From NCBI GenBank assembly GCA_977017645.1, contig OZ360242.1, positions 20,584,001-20,648,000 of the forward strand: a stretch of DNA of 64,000 nt, given 5' to 3'. Below, piece after piece: positions 34,825 through 47,944 of the stretch. The position numbers and the translations under genes are program-made. This DNA is from Torpedo marmorata. Taxonomy: Eukaryota. Position 1 is the stretch's first letter. Each line of letters starts with the position of its first letter. Below the pieces are notes generated by a model. That model did not search any database. It was not told the origin of the DNA and saw only the letters and a program-made list of their open reading frames with translations.

Positions 34825-35504
34825 ATGCTACCCGATCAAACTCATTATAATTTAAAGAGCTCCAGAGAAAATAGCCACATCCTGCTGAGGCTTTCCTGAT
34901 AGTTACATTCTCTTGGTTTTGCTTTCATTTTTACAAATTTCTCACCTTCTATATTGCTGGTAAGCCATTTTTGTTAAATAGAGCACACAATGGTGCAAAT
35001 GTAATTTTTAAAATTTGAGTAGATGTACTCATTCAGGATTAGAACCGACAATGTCAATTCATAGATGATGTCAGTTTAGAAAAACTAGTTGATATTAAGG
35101 AAGACTGATAAAATTTAAAAAAAAAACTTTCTTTAACAGTAAATGGCAAATGAAGTTCCGTATAGATCATTATGAGGAAGATAACTTTGGTATGATAAAT
35201 AAGGAGGGCACCTTAAAAAATAGGAGTCCAAATGGGGTGGAGGCACAAACAGCTAGGTTACGCATTAATAAATAAAGTATAAATAACACATATTATGTGA
35301 ACAAAGATCTTAGTCTCAATGCTAAGAAAATAAAATTTGAAGGATATTACACTGATACCTAGCAAAGGCCACATTTGAAGGTGAGAAATGATTTGTAAAA
35401 ATGAAAGCAAAACCAAGAGAATGTAACTATCAGGAAAGCCTCAGCAGGATGTGGTTATTTTCTCTGGAGCTCTTTAAATTATAATGAGTTTGATCGGGAA
35501 GCAT
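34825..35504. repeat. Inverted duplication of about 125 bp (34825-34949 / 35377-35504)
   Basis: The arms are reverse complements with 2 substitutions and one 3-nt indel. Confidence 0.9.
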
Positions 35505-35898
35505 CAATTCTGATAAAATGAACTCAATGACGTGTTACAAATTCAAAACAGCAACGACTGAAGATGCAATGCAAAAGGGGCAAAATTGAAATTTATATTT
35601 ATTAACGTCAATTAAACATATAATTTCACAACAATCAACCCCACTATAAACGTCTATAAACACTATTCTTATCTAAAGAGCATGTGTGTGTTTGTGTAAA
35701 GCCCAGACCATTACAGCCCGTGCCCAACCCTCATGTAAAAATGGAAAACCTTCCCCAAAACCCTCACGTCAGTCATAAAAATAAGTCAGTCCCAAAAATA
35801 CAGTCCACAAAAATCACTCTCTATGTTCAGCGTCCAAATTCAGCTCTGTGTGCTGGCACGAAGGACTTCTTAATGAACGTTGGAGAGAGAGACAATGA

Positions 35899-36526
35899 TT
35901 CAAGATTCAAGATTCAATTTATTGTCATAGTAATAAGACAGTGTCATATTCCATGAAATTTATTTTTGCCTGCTGCAAGGCAGACAGATTCGCCACCGGC
36001 AGAAATTGCCTAAGCGCCTCTAACATTCTTACATGCAGAGAAAGAGAAGCAAAAGAGAGTCCCCCCAGAGTCACCAAGTGTCCATAGATTCGCCTCCAGC
36101 GCTTCCGCAGCCTCCGCAGCCACACAGAGTCCAGTCCAAACCATCAGCATCCCGAGCTCCAGATCCGAACCTCCAACACGGTCAGGTCGCCCTCGGCACC
36201 CCCTCGCATCCCGGTTCCGATACCTGGTACTCCTCCAGCCAGTTCGAGCCAGCCTCCAGTAGTCCGCAGCCCAGCGTGAGTCCCCCGACAGCAGTCTCCA
36301 GCAGCCCACAGCCTCCGCGGGTTCCTCGCCTCAAGTCGCCAGCAGCCCACCGCATGCACTGGTCCTTCAGCCTCAGAGTCCCTCACCGGTCCGCCTCCGT
36401 GGTCACCGTCCCGTGGGTCGTCTCCTCCGCTTCTCCATCTCAGACAGGGGTGATCTTCCCGTCCTCTGGTGCCCTGCTCCAGTCCTCCGCTTCCCCGGAG
36501 TCTGCAGCCCCTCGTGGCTGCTGCCG
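35899..36526 (-). mobile_element. Non-coding LINE-tailed retroelement, 5'-truncated copy inside the LTR
   Basis: AATAAA plus (TCTTGAA)n tail; interrupts the LTR between GACAATGA and GTTTAAGCTTACG; homologous to 36997-37773. Confidence 0.8.
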
Positions 36527-36996
36527 GTTTAAGCTTACGAATGCTTGGCCTGCTTTCCTTCCGATGACTTTCCCTTTTGGTAGGTGCACGAGGGTTTCTG
36601 TTCCAAATCAGTATACCACTGATGGAGGCGTGTACTTGGATCTCACAGCCTGTCTCGCTGATCTCACGCTTGTTCTCCACAAAAGTTGCTTTAAATCAGG
36701 ATTTTGCTGATACAAGAGGCCATGTGCTATTTTCCCCAGTCTTTCTACTGGAATGCACAAGCCTGGTTTTGCTGTTGTTGCTTCAGCCTTTTGCAACTCC
36801 AAACTGAACACTTCTTGCAGAGGTTTGCGCCTGCTTTTGAAAAAGTGCAACAAAGTATCTTTTCCACAGCCTGTCTCTCTGTGTGTCTCTCTCTCTGAGC
36901 ACAGCCAGCCTTGGGCAAGTTAACTCTTTCAGTACCTGGTCCCAGTGTGTACTCCAAAAGACTTCATCCTTCCTGCTGACCATCCGCAGTCCAAAT

Positions 36997-37773
36997 AAGA
37001 TAAGATTCAATTTATTGTCAAAGTAATAAAACAGTGTCATATTACATGAAATTTATTTTTGCCTGCTGCAAGGCAGACAGATTCGCCACCGGCAGGAACT
37101 GCCTAAGCGTCTCTAACATTCCTTACAGTCAGAGAAAGAGAAGCAAAAGAGAGTCCCCCCAGAGTCACCGAGTGTCCATAGATTCGCCTCCAGCGCCTCC
37201 GCAGCCACACAGAGTCCAGTCCAAACCATCAGCAACCCGAGCTCCAGATCCGAACCTCCAACACGGTCAGGCACCCTCGGCACCCCCTCGCATCCTGGTT
37301 CCAATACCTAGTATTCCTCCAGCCAGTTCGAGCCAGTCTCCAGCAGTCCGCAGCCCGGCGCGAGTCTCCCAACAGCAGTCTTCAGCAGCCCACAGCCTTC
37401 GCGGGTTCCTCGCCTCGAGTCGTCTGCAGCCCACCGCATGCACTGATCCTTCAGCCTCAGAGTCACTGTCCTGCGGGTCGTCTCCTCCGCTTCTCCTTCT
37501 CAGACGGGGGTGACCTTCCTGTCCTCTGGTGCCCTGCTCCAGTCCTCCGCTTCCGCTGAATCTGCAACCCCTCGTGGCTGCTACCGATTAATAAGCGCTA
37601 CCATCTTGGGCGCAGACCCCGTGGTTGCGGGATCTCAAACAAAACCACCGTCAGCTCCCTCAACGGGCCGTTCAAAGCCCGTACGGAGGCGATGGCAATT
37701 GACTGGGCGGCTAGACCCCACAGGAACGCTACATCTTCACTCCCTTGCTCCCCGCGGGTCCGTACCAGCGGAA
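36997..37773 (-). mobile_element. Non-coding LINE-tailed retroelement, longer (possibly full-length) copy inside the same LTR
   Basis: AATAAA plus (TCTTA)n tail; interrupts the LTR between CCAAAT and GTCAGTCATGG; GC-rich 5' end starting (AC)TTCCGC. Confidence 0.8.
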
Positions 37774-39522
37774 GTCAGTCATGGTCCATAAAACCTCCCA
37801 CCCACAAAGAAAATTTTGGTCTGCCAGAACAAAATTTTAGAAATTAATTGAGGTGTCACAATATAAACAAAACCCACAATGTTCATCTACAAACACAAAA
37901 TATGAACTATTTTCATTTATAAAGTTTAGCATCCAGAAAGACAATCAGCGATTGCATTATCTTTCCCTTTTATATGTGTTATTATTAAATCATATTCTTG
38001 CAAAATTAGACTCCAATTCAACAACCGTCGATTCTTATTTTTCATTTTACAAAGAAAAACCAATGGATTATGGTCCGTATACACTGAGTGTTTTTTGAGC
38101 TGTACAGATATACACATCAAAGTGTTGTAGAGCCAACACAAGAGCCAACAACTCTTTTTCTATGGTTGAATAATTCCTTTGATGATCATTGAACTTCTTC
38201 GAGAAGTAGGATACTGGATGGTCAATGTCCTCTTCGTTCTTCCTCTGTAACAGCACCGCAATCACAGCTTCATCGCTCGCATCCACGGCTAAAGAAAACG
38301 ACTGTTCTAAATTAGGTGACTTAAGCACAGGTTGGTGGCATAACATGGCTTTCAATTTGACAAATGCTTCCTGACAACCTGTCGACCATACAAATTTTTC
38401 TCCCTTTCTAAGCAAATTTGTGAGAAGGAGCGCGAAATCTGCAAAGTTTTTACAGAACTTGCGGTAGTAGCCAATCATTCCCAGGAACCTCCTCAGAGTT
38501 TTCTTACCAGTTGGAACAGGGAACTTGGAAATAGTCACAACCTTTGCCTCTACTGGCGTCAACTGCCCCTGTCCTACTACATAACCCAGATAAATAACAG
38601 TTTCATGTCCAAACTCACTTTTACTTAAATTAACTGTGAGATTTGCTTTTGACAGTCGTTCGAACAATTGTTTTAACTCAAAGACATGCTCTTCCCAGGT
38701 GTCATTACTTACAATTAAATCATCAATGCAAGCACCTGTGTTTTTCAACCCTTGAATTACTGAATTAATCATTCTCTGAAATGTTCCTGGAGTATTCTTC
38801 ATACCAAAAGGAATGACATTATACTAATACAGCCCAAAAGGTGTTACGAATGCAGAAATCTCACTGGCCCTTTTTGTCAAAGGAACACACCAGTACCCTT
38901 TCAGTAAGTCAATTTTTGTAAGAAATCTGGCCTTCCCCACCTTGTCTATACAATCCTCTATTCAAGGAATAAGATAAGCATCTGTCTTTGTCACAGCATT
39001 TACTTTCCTATAATCAGTGCAAAACCTAACCGTTCCATCAGGCTTAGGCACTAAAACACAAGGGGAACTCCAATTGGAAATAGACTTTCGAATGATACTG
39101 TTCTTTACCATGTAGTCAATTTCCTGATCTACCAGTTTGCACTTTACTGCATTTATTCGATAGGGATGCTGTTTTATCGGTCTTGCATCTCCTACATCCC
39201 CATCATGATAAGCGATGGAAATTTTCTGAGGCATATCTCTTCCTTTTCGGAAGTTTTCAGATGAGCCAACTTTGTCTCCAGATTGCACAAAATCATGGAA
39301 TTTTCTAACCTCGGGCTTATCAATTTCTGTGTCCCATGACCCTCTCTGAAACTGGTTATATCTGTCTCCTTACCCTGATCGATAACCAGCACCTCTGGTA
39401 AATGTTCAGTCTCTTTGTGCGGCAACTGTTCAAAATACGGCTTAATCATATTCACTTGACAGACCTGTGTGTCTCGTCTGCGATTAGGTGTTTCTATGAC
39501 ATAGGTGACCTCATTAATTTTT

Positions 39523-42169
39523 TTTTTAATGTTTTATTTAAAATTTTAAATCACAGAATACATAAAATAAAATATGAAATTATCAAAATATTTGTGATAC
39601 ATTTTCACCCCCATCCCCTCCCCAACCCCACTAATCTAATAAAATAAAAATATAAAATAAAATAAAAGAAAAGAAAGAAAAAGATAGAGTAAGGAGAATG
39701 TCAATCTAAAAAAAGAAATACATCAATGGACTAATTCTATTATGGAGGTCAGGTAGCCAGTAGATCCGATGTCCAGAGATCTTCAGATCCTTAAACCAAC
39801 AGCTTTCATATATGGGCTCAATATTTTTTTTTAAAAATATTTATTACGTAAATTATAAGTAATTTTTTCAAGTGGTATACATGAACGAAGTTCCGCATGC
39901 CATCTTTCTAACCCTAAATCTAAATCAGATTTCCAAGTAATAGCAATACATTTCTTTGAAACAGCTAAAGCAATTTGCAGAAATTCTATTTGATACATAT
40001 TTAATTTCATCTTAATACTAAATTTTCTAATATCTCCAAACAAAAATATCATAGGATCCATTGGAAATGTAATCTTAAATACTTTATCTAAAAAATTTAA
40101 CTTTCAACCAGAAATCATAAACTTTTAGACAAAACCATGTAGAATGTACGAAAGAACCTTCCTCTTTATTGCATTTAAAACATCAACCTGATAATGTCGG
40201 ATTAAATTTCTTTAATTTTTTAGGTGTTAAATATAATTGATGAAAAAAATTATATTGTACTAATCTATATCTAACATTAATAATCTTCGTCATACTTAAT
40301 TTACATAATTCTTTCCAATGATTTTCATCTATTGTTACATTCAAATCTAGTTCCCATTTTAATCTTGATTTATGAATTCCTACTTTAGGAGTTTTCCTCT
40401 GAAACAATTTATACATTTGAGAAATAAATTTATTTACATCTCCTTTAGTAACTAATAATTCTAATTCATTCTGTCTTGGTAAGATCAAAGCATAACCGAA
40501 TTTCTCAATCAAAAATGCTCTAATTTGATAATAAGCAAAAAGTGTATTATCCAATATATTAAATTTATATTTCATTCTTGGAAAAGTAATAAATTTCCCA
40601 GCTTCAAAACAATCATTTATTTTCTTAATTCCTTTTTGAAACCAAATTTTAAATAATTGATTATTAAAAGTAAATGGAATAAGTTGATTTTGATATAAAG
40701 GCATCCTTGGAGAAATCATTCCTTTTCCTCCTATTTCTTTATCCGTCTTATTCCATATTTCTAACAAATGTTTAAGGATAGGAGAATTTTTCCTTCTTGT
40801 TGAAATTAATTTAGAATCCCATTTATAAATAACTTCTTCTTTGGAATCTTCTCCTATATTATTTAATTCTATTTTAATCCAAGCAGAAGATTTAGTTGAA
40901 TCAAAAAATTCATTAACAAATTTTAATTGAGCTGCTTTATAATAATTTTGGAAATTAGGAAGTTGTAAACCACCCATTTCATAATTCCAAGTTAATTTTT
41001 ATATACCTACTCTTACTAATTTTCCTTTCCATAAAAATTTTCTAATAATTGAATTTAAGTCTTTAAAAAAATTTTGAGGAATTTCATAAGGAATTGATTG
41101 GAAAAGATATTGAATTCTTGGAAAAACATTCATTTTAATACAATTTACCCTTCCCAATAAAGTTATAGGTAAATCTTTCCAATTTTCTAAATCCTTTTTT
41201 ATTTTCACAAATAATGGTAGATAATTTCATTTATATACCGTTAAATTAGCCTATTTTGTATCAATCCTTATTCCCAAATATTTAATTCCTTCTTTTGCCC
41301 ATTTAAATTGTGTAATTTCTTTACACTTACTATAATCCCCTTGTGATAATGCCATAATTTCACTTTTATCAGAATTAATTTTCTATCCAGATATTTCCCC
41401 ATATTCTCTCAATAACGCAGACAATTGTACTAAAGATGTAATAGATTTTGTCATATATATCAATACATCATCTGCAAATAAACTAATTTTATGTTCTTCC
41501 ATTCCAACTTTAATACCAACTATTTTAGGATCTTTTCTAACTAATTCTGCCAAAGGTTCTATCGCCAAAATAAATAACGCTGGCGACAAAGGGCATCCTT
41601 GTCTAGTAGATCTAGTCAGGGGAAATCTTGAAGAGATTTGTCCATTTGCAATTACTTTAGCAGATGGTTCTTTATATATAGTTTTAATCCAATTAATAAA
41701 TGTAGTTCCAAAACCAAATTTCTCCAATACCTTAAATAAAAAATTCCACTCTAATCTATCAAATACCTTTTCAGCATCTAGCGTTAATACTAATGGTATA
41801 TCTTCCTTCTTTTTATGCACATTAATTAAACTAATTAATCTAGCTATATTTTTTGAATATCTATTTTTGATAAAACCAGCTTGATCTACATGGATTAAAT
41901 CTGGTAAGTAATTAGCCATTCTATTAGCTAAAATTTTTGCCATTATCTTATAATCTACATTTAACAATGAAATAGGTCTATATGATTCAGTTTTCAATAC
42001 ATCTCTATCTTTTTTAGGTATAACTGTAATTATTGCATTTAAAAATGTATCCGGTAATGAATGGGTTTCCGTAATTTGGTTCAATACATCCATATACGGA
42101 GGTATCAATAAATCTTTAAACTCTTTATAAAATTCTGATGGAAATCCATCCTCACCTGGAGATTTACCA
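39523..42169 (-). mobile_element. 5'-truncated L1 (AT-rich family) inserted into Gmr1 pol
   Basis: RT (YRPISLLN...LDAEK...RQGCPLSP...LFADD) through the C-terminus and poly(A); flanked by an 82-bp direct repeat. Confidence 0.93.
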
Positions 42170-45100
42170 CTTAATCATATTCACATGACAGACCTGTATG
42201 TCTCGTCTGCGATTAGGTGTTTCTATGACATAGGTGACCTCATTAATTTTTGACTTAACTCTATAGGGTCCTGAAAATCTAGCCTTAAGAGGATTTGAAT
42301 GTGTGGGAAACAGAACTAATGCGTTCTCACCAGGTTTAAAAGTTCTCGTCTTGGCCTTTCGATCATACCAAACCTTCACTCTCTGTTGAGTGGCCTTTAA
42401 AGTCTCCTTTGCCATCTCACAAGCTCTATACAACCGATCCTTGAATTTGGAAACCTAATCTAACAGATTTAAATGCACATCACTATTAATCCACTGTTCT
42501 TTTAATAACCTTAAAGGACCTCTCACCTCGTGTCCGAAAACTAACTCGAACGGACTAAAACCAAGTGATTCTTGGACAGACTCCCTCGCTGCAAATAACA
42601 ACAAATGAACCCCCTCATCCCAATCTTCTTCCTCCTCACAACAATAGGTTCTAATCATGTTTTTCAAAGTCGAATGGAACTTCTCCAAGGCCCCTTGACT
42701 TTCTGGATGGTACGCAGAGGATACAATTTGTTTAACTTCCAGTCCATCAACCACTTGTTGGAATACGCCTGACATGAAATTACTACCTTGATATGATTGA
42801 ATTTCCCTTGGCAAACCTACCAAGGTGAAAACCTTTACCATAGCCTTTACAATTGCCTTTGCTTTAATGCTTCTCAGAGGAATGGCCTCTGGAAATCTGG
42901 TGGCTGTACACATAATTGTTAACAAATACTCATTCCCTGCTTTGGTTTTGGGCAATGGGCCAACACATTCCACAATCACTCTCGAGAAAGGGTCACTAAA
43001 AGCAGCGATAGGTTGCAAGGGTGCCACCAGGGGACCCTGATTAGGTTTGCCCACCACCTGACAATTGTGACAGGCCCGACAAAAACTTACAACCTCCCTT
43101 CTCAAACTGGGCCAATAAAATTGTTTCATTATCTTCTGTATAGTTTTCTTCATCCCAAGGTGACCACCTAAGGGTGTGCTATGAGCCAAAGTTATTATTT
43201 TGTCCCTATATACTTTAGGGATCACTACCTGCTGCACTACTGCCCATTCTTCACTGGCAGGAACATCACATGGTCTCCACTTTCTCATCAACACCCCATC
43301 TTGTTCATAATAACCCACTGGCACCTTCTTAATCTCCTCTTCAGAGAGAACCTTATCCCTCACCTCAGCAAGATCAGGATCCTCCTTTTGCCTTGCTATT
43401 AGCTCTTGTCGGGACAGTGACAAATCTGTGCCTTCAGGTGTCTTATCATTGGATGGGTGTAACACAGGAGATTTATCAACCTTTTCCATGTGTTTTTGAT
43501 TATCACTGACTTTTTCTTTCACCAATTTATTTTCCACTTCCTTCTCTACAGTGACATTTTTCTTAGACATGGCCTTGGTTATGGCACATGCCGGATAAAT
43601 ATCAGAGTCCTTCTCTGACTTATCAATGACTGGCTTAGTGGTCATTCGCACTGCAGGAACTACTTTACCCTCAGCCAAGTCATTGCGTAGCAACAGTGAG
43701 ACTCCTTCTACTGGCAACTCTGATCTCACTCCTATTATAACAGGTCCTTCCACCAAGGCTGAGTCCAACACTATTTTGTGCAAAGGAATGGACTCAACAT
43801 CACCCCCAATTCCTTTAATCAAATTCATTCAGTGGCTTCACAAAATTCCAATACACTATCTAACACGTGACTGAGAAGCTCCAGTATCTCGCAAGATTTT
43901 CACTGGAACTTGCTTTGATCCTGCCTTAACTGAAACAAAACCATCAGTCACAAAAGGTTTAAATACATCCGTAACTTTGTCAGCAAATTTTTCTCCTTCC
44001 TGGGTGTTATGCCTCTTCTCACTCTGAATACAAGCATTAGGTGTTGCATCCTTTTCTCTCTTCTTTTTCAACACTGGACAGCTTGCTAGCATATGACCAG
44101 CCTTCCTACAGTGGTGGCAAATGGGACCCAAAGGGTTTTCCCTTTTCCACTTTACTTCATCTCTTTCCTTAACACCAGTTCCAAATTTACTTTCCATTTG
44201 CTTGGGATTATCCACAGTGACCTTTTGGAAAATTCTGCCTGACGTCCACATAGGCTTGTGGGTTGAAGCATATTCATCTGCTAACTTAGCTGAATTTTGC
44301 CAAGTTTTCACCTCCTTTTCATCTAAGTATGCCTTAATATCCTCAGGAACACACCTTTTTATCTCCTCAATTATTATCAATTCTCTCAATTGATTGTAAT
44401 CATTGTTTACCGCCTTAGAAGTGCACCACCGGTCAACACACACAACCTTTTCATAGGCAAACTCTGTGTAAGATTGGGTTGCTGATTTTTTAAATTTCTA
44501 AACTTCTGTCTATAAGCCTCTGGAACTAACATAAGCCTGGAGTATAGCCTTTTTAACTGTTTCATAATCAGCAGCTTGCTCTGTGGTAAGAGTAGAATAA
44601 GCTTGCTGAGTTTTCATTTTATTACACTTTGTAACATAAGAGACCATTGGTCTTGTGGCCATTTTAATTTCCCAGCCACCTTCTCAAAATGCTGGAAGTA
44701 CTTATCTATTTCCGCCTCCTCAAATGGAGGAAACAACTTAACTTCTCTACTGGCCAAAAACCTCTCAACAGGATGACGAATTTGATCTTGGTGCTCTTCT
44801 TGTCTCCTCTCATTTTCCAATTTAATCTTTTCCAGCTGATATTGCCTAATTTTCTCCTCGTTCTCTAATCTCTTTTGTTCTCTGTCTGCCTCCAAGTCTA
44901 ATCTCTTTTGTTCCAATTCCAATTTCTTTCATTCCAATTCCCTGTCTAATCTCTTTTGTTCCAACTGTATGTTTTCAGAACGTTTACCCTTGGGAAACTG
45001 CTCTAACACGCTCTCCTCAAACCTTTTTCCTTTTATATAGTATTTGGCCATTTTTCTCCCAATCTCTGCCTTTTTCATTGATGGTTTTACAGAAGCAATG

Positions 45101-46842
45101 CCCAACTCTGTTGCTATAGCCACTAACTGTTCCTTTTTAGCCTTTTTTAATGTAAGTAGCTTTACAAAAGGAATGTCTTAAACCAGACTGGGATTCCTTC
45201 AATTACCAAGATGGATCTTGATTCAAATCCTAGGACGAGCCCCCAATATGTTACAAATTCAAACCAGCAATGACAGAAGACGCAATGCAAAAGGGGTAAA
45301 ATTGAAATTAATATTTATTAAAGAAAATTAAACATATAATTTCACAACAATTAACCCCACTATAAACATCTATAAACACTATTCTTATCTAAAGAGTGTG
45401 TGTGTATGTGTAAAGCCCAGACCATTACAGTCTGTGCCCAACCCTCACGTAAAAATGGAAAAACCTTCCCCAAAACCCCCAGGTCAGTCATAAAAATAAG
45501 TCAGTCCCAAAAATACAGTCCACAAAAATTCACTCTGTATGTTCAGGGTCCAAATTCAGCTCTGTGTGCTGGCAAGAAGGACTTCTTAATGAACGTTGGA
45601 GAGAGAGACAATGACTGTTTATCTTACGAATGCTTGGCCTGCTTTTCTTTTCTGATGACTTTCCCTTTTGGTAGATACACGAGGATTGCGATTCCAAATC
45701 AGTTTTTGGATTGAGGCGTACACTTGGATCTCACAGCCGGTCTCGCTGATCTCACGCCTGTTCTCCATGAAAGTTTATTTAAATCAGGATTTTGCTGATA
45801 CAGGAGGCCATGTGCTATTCTTCCAGCCTTTTCCCCTGGGATGCACAAGCCTGGATTTTGCTGTGTTCTCCAGCCTTTGCAACTCCAAACAACTGAATCT
45901 GAATACTTTTTGCAGAGGTTTGCACCTGCTTTTGCAAAAGTGCAATAAAGTATCTTTCCACAGCCTGTCTCTCTCTGGTGTTTCTCTCTCTCTGAGTACA
46001 GCAAGTCCTGGGCGAGTTAACTCTTTCAGTACCTGGTCCCAGTGTGTACTCCAAAAGATTTCATCCTTCCTGCTGACCGTCAGCAGTCCAAATGGTCAGT
46101 CATGGTCCACACGTTAAAATCTTTAGCTGGTGATCATTAAGTGATAAAACTTTCGTGGTATTAGTCAAATCTTACGGTAGACAAAAATTAAAGAATTTCA
46201 TGTATGTTACATTCTAAATGTAGTATTACGTGACAATAATGGAACCTTTACCTTTACCTGATGGTGCCCTCGATTTTAGCAAATCTCATTTTGCATTGCG
46301 ATCAGTTGCATGCTGATGCTCACTCATACAAAAACATCCCTTTATATTGTACCCTCTTACAGATTTGGGACTAGAGGCAGTATTTCTTCGTCACATCACC
46401 TATACTTGGGTAACTGAGTGCCAAAAAGAAAATTATAAGCAACATCATCTGATCTGAATGATACAGGCCGGTATTACCAATTGAGCAATTAGAACATCAA
46501 CAGAATTGTAATATTTTTCAAAGAGAAAGGAATGACTATTATTTAGTGAAAAATTGGAAAGAATGTTTGGGAGAAAGAGCTGGATTTGTATGCCTTATGA
46601 ACAGCTGGGTCTATGTGCACTCAGTCCCTCAAGCCTGTTGAGCCATTTAATAAAATAATGGCTGATCTGATTGTAACTTCAATTTGGCTTTTTCACCTGT
46701 CCACGGTAACCTTTCATCCCCTTGCTTACCAAGCTACCTCTTTTTCAATATATATATTTGTTGTCTTCCACTGTTTGAGGTGGACAATCCCAAAGATTCT
46801 CAATCCACTGCGAGGAAAAAAAATTGGCCTTATTTCTGCCTT

Positions 46843-47412
46843 AAAATTGTATAAGGCATTGGTGAGGCCAAATTTGGAATATTGTGCGCAGTTTTGGTCG
46901 CCGAATTATAGGAAGAATATAAACAGAATAGAGAGAGTGCAGTGGAGATTTACAAGAATGTTGCCTGGGTTTCTGGGTTTGAGTTACAGGGAAAGATTGA
47001 ACAGGCTGGGACTTTATTCCCTGGAGCGTTGAGGGGTGATTTGATAGAGGTATTTAAAATTATGAAGGGGACAGATAGAGTCAATGTGGACAGGCTTTTT
47101 CCATTGAGAGTGGGGAAGATTCAAACAAGAGGCATGAATTGAGATTGAAGGGGGAAAAGTTTAGGGGAAACATGAGGGGGAATTTCTTCACTTAGTGGGT
47201 GGTGGGAGGGTGGAACGAGCTTCCGGCCGAAGTGGTAGATGGAGGTTCAATTTTAATGTTTAAGGAAAGGTTGGATAGGTATATGGACGAGAGAGGTGTG
47301 GAGGGTTATGGGCCGGGTGCGGTTCAGTGGGACTAGGTGGGAGAATGTGTTCGGCATGGACTCGAAGGGCCGAACTGGCCTGTTTCTGTGCTGTAAATGT
47401 TATATGGTTATA
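46843..47412 (+). mobile_element. CR1-type LINE 3' fragment inserted into an older antisense CR1
   Basis: KLYKALVRPNLEYCAQFWSP...ERVQ.RFTRMLPG...YRERLNRLGLYSLE and tail GGGCCGAACTGGCCTGTTTCTGTGCTGTA. Confidence 0.88.
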
Positions 47413-47944
47413 AAATTGACATTCTCTTGTATTTCAACATCCTCTCCACATCCCCCTGCTAGGATCTGTTTCAATAAACTCCCCATTAACTACAGTACAT
47501 ATAACCTGGTCTTTCCAACTTTTTCTCATTAGACAACCTGATAATTCCAACTGTTAGTCCAGAAAAAAATCTCTCTGTTGATTTCCACTCATTGACATTT
47601 TTCCTCAAAACCAATTCGGAAAAATACTCCAGATGTTGTCTCACCAATACACTGTTTCACTGAAGTACAACTTCCCTACTTTTGTATTTAGTTCCCCTAG
47701 CAATGAACAAAATGTTGTTTACTAACTTGTGCATACCATGCATCTCTGCAATCTCTCAATTTTTAAAAACTTTTCCTGCCAAAATAGATATATCACTTTT
47801 TTCCACATGATGCTACATTTGTCAGATCTTTGGCTACTCACCAAACCGGCCTACATTTTTTTGTAGCCTCAATATGTAATTTTAACAACATAATGTCCTA
47901 CCAATATATATGCAAATTTAGAAAACAATAGTTTTGGTGTATTC

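Larger units (their letters stand above)
35533..46111 (-). mobile_element. Gmr1-type Gypsy, copy 2: complete but degenerate, with three nested insertions
   Basis: 5' LTR 45249-about 46111, tRNA-Pro PBS 45222-45245, gag (CHHCRKAGHMLASC), PR LRDTGAS, IN 42164-43828 (HHCC, GPY), then RT about 38700-39290, RNase H 37926-38300, PPT 37794-37805, 3' LTR 35533-37793. Confidence 0.93.

Noticed and set aside
36010-37791. Ser/Pro-rich ORFs up to 225 aa
   Set aside because: They lie in the GC-rich non-coding inserts, the frames are not preserved between the two copies, and they run into LTR sequence.
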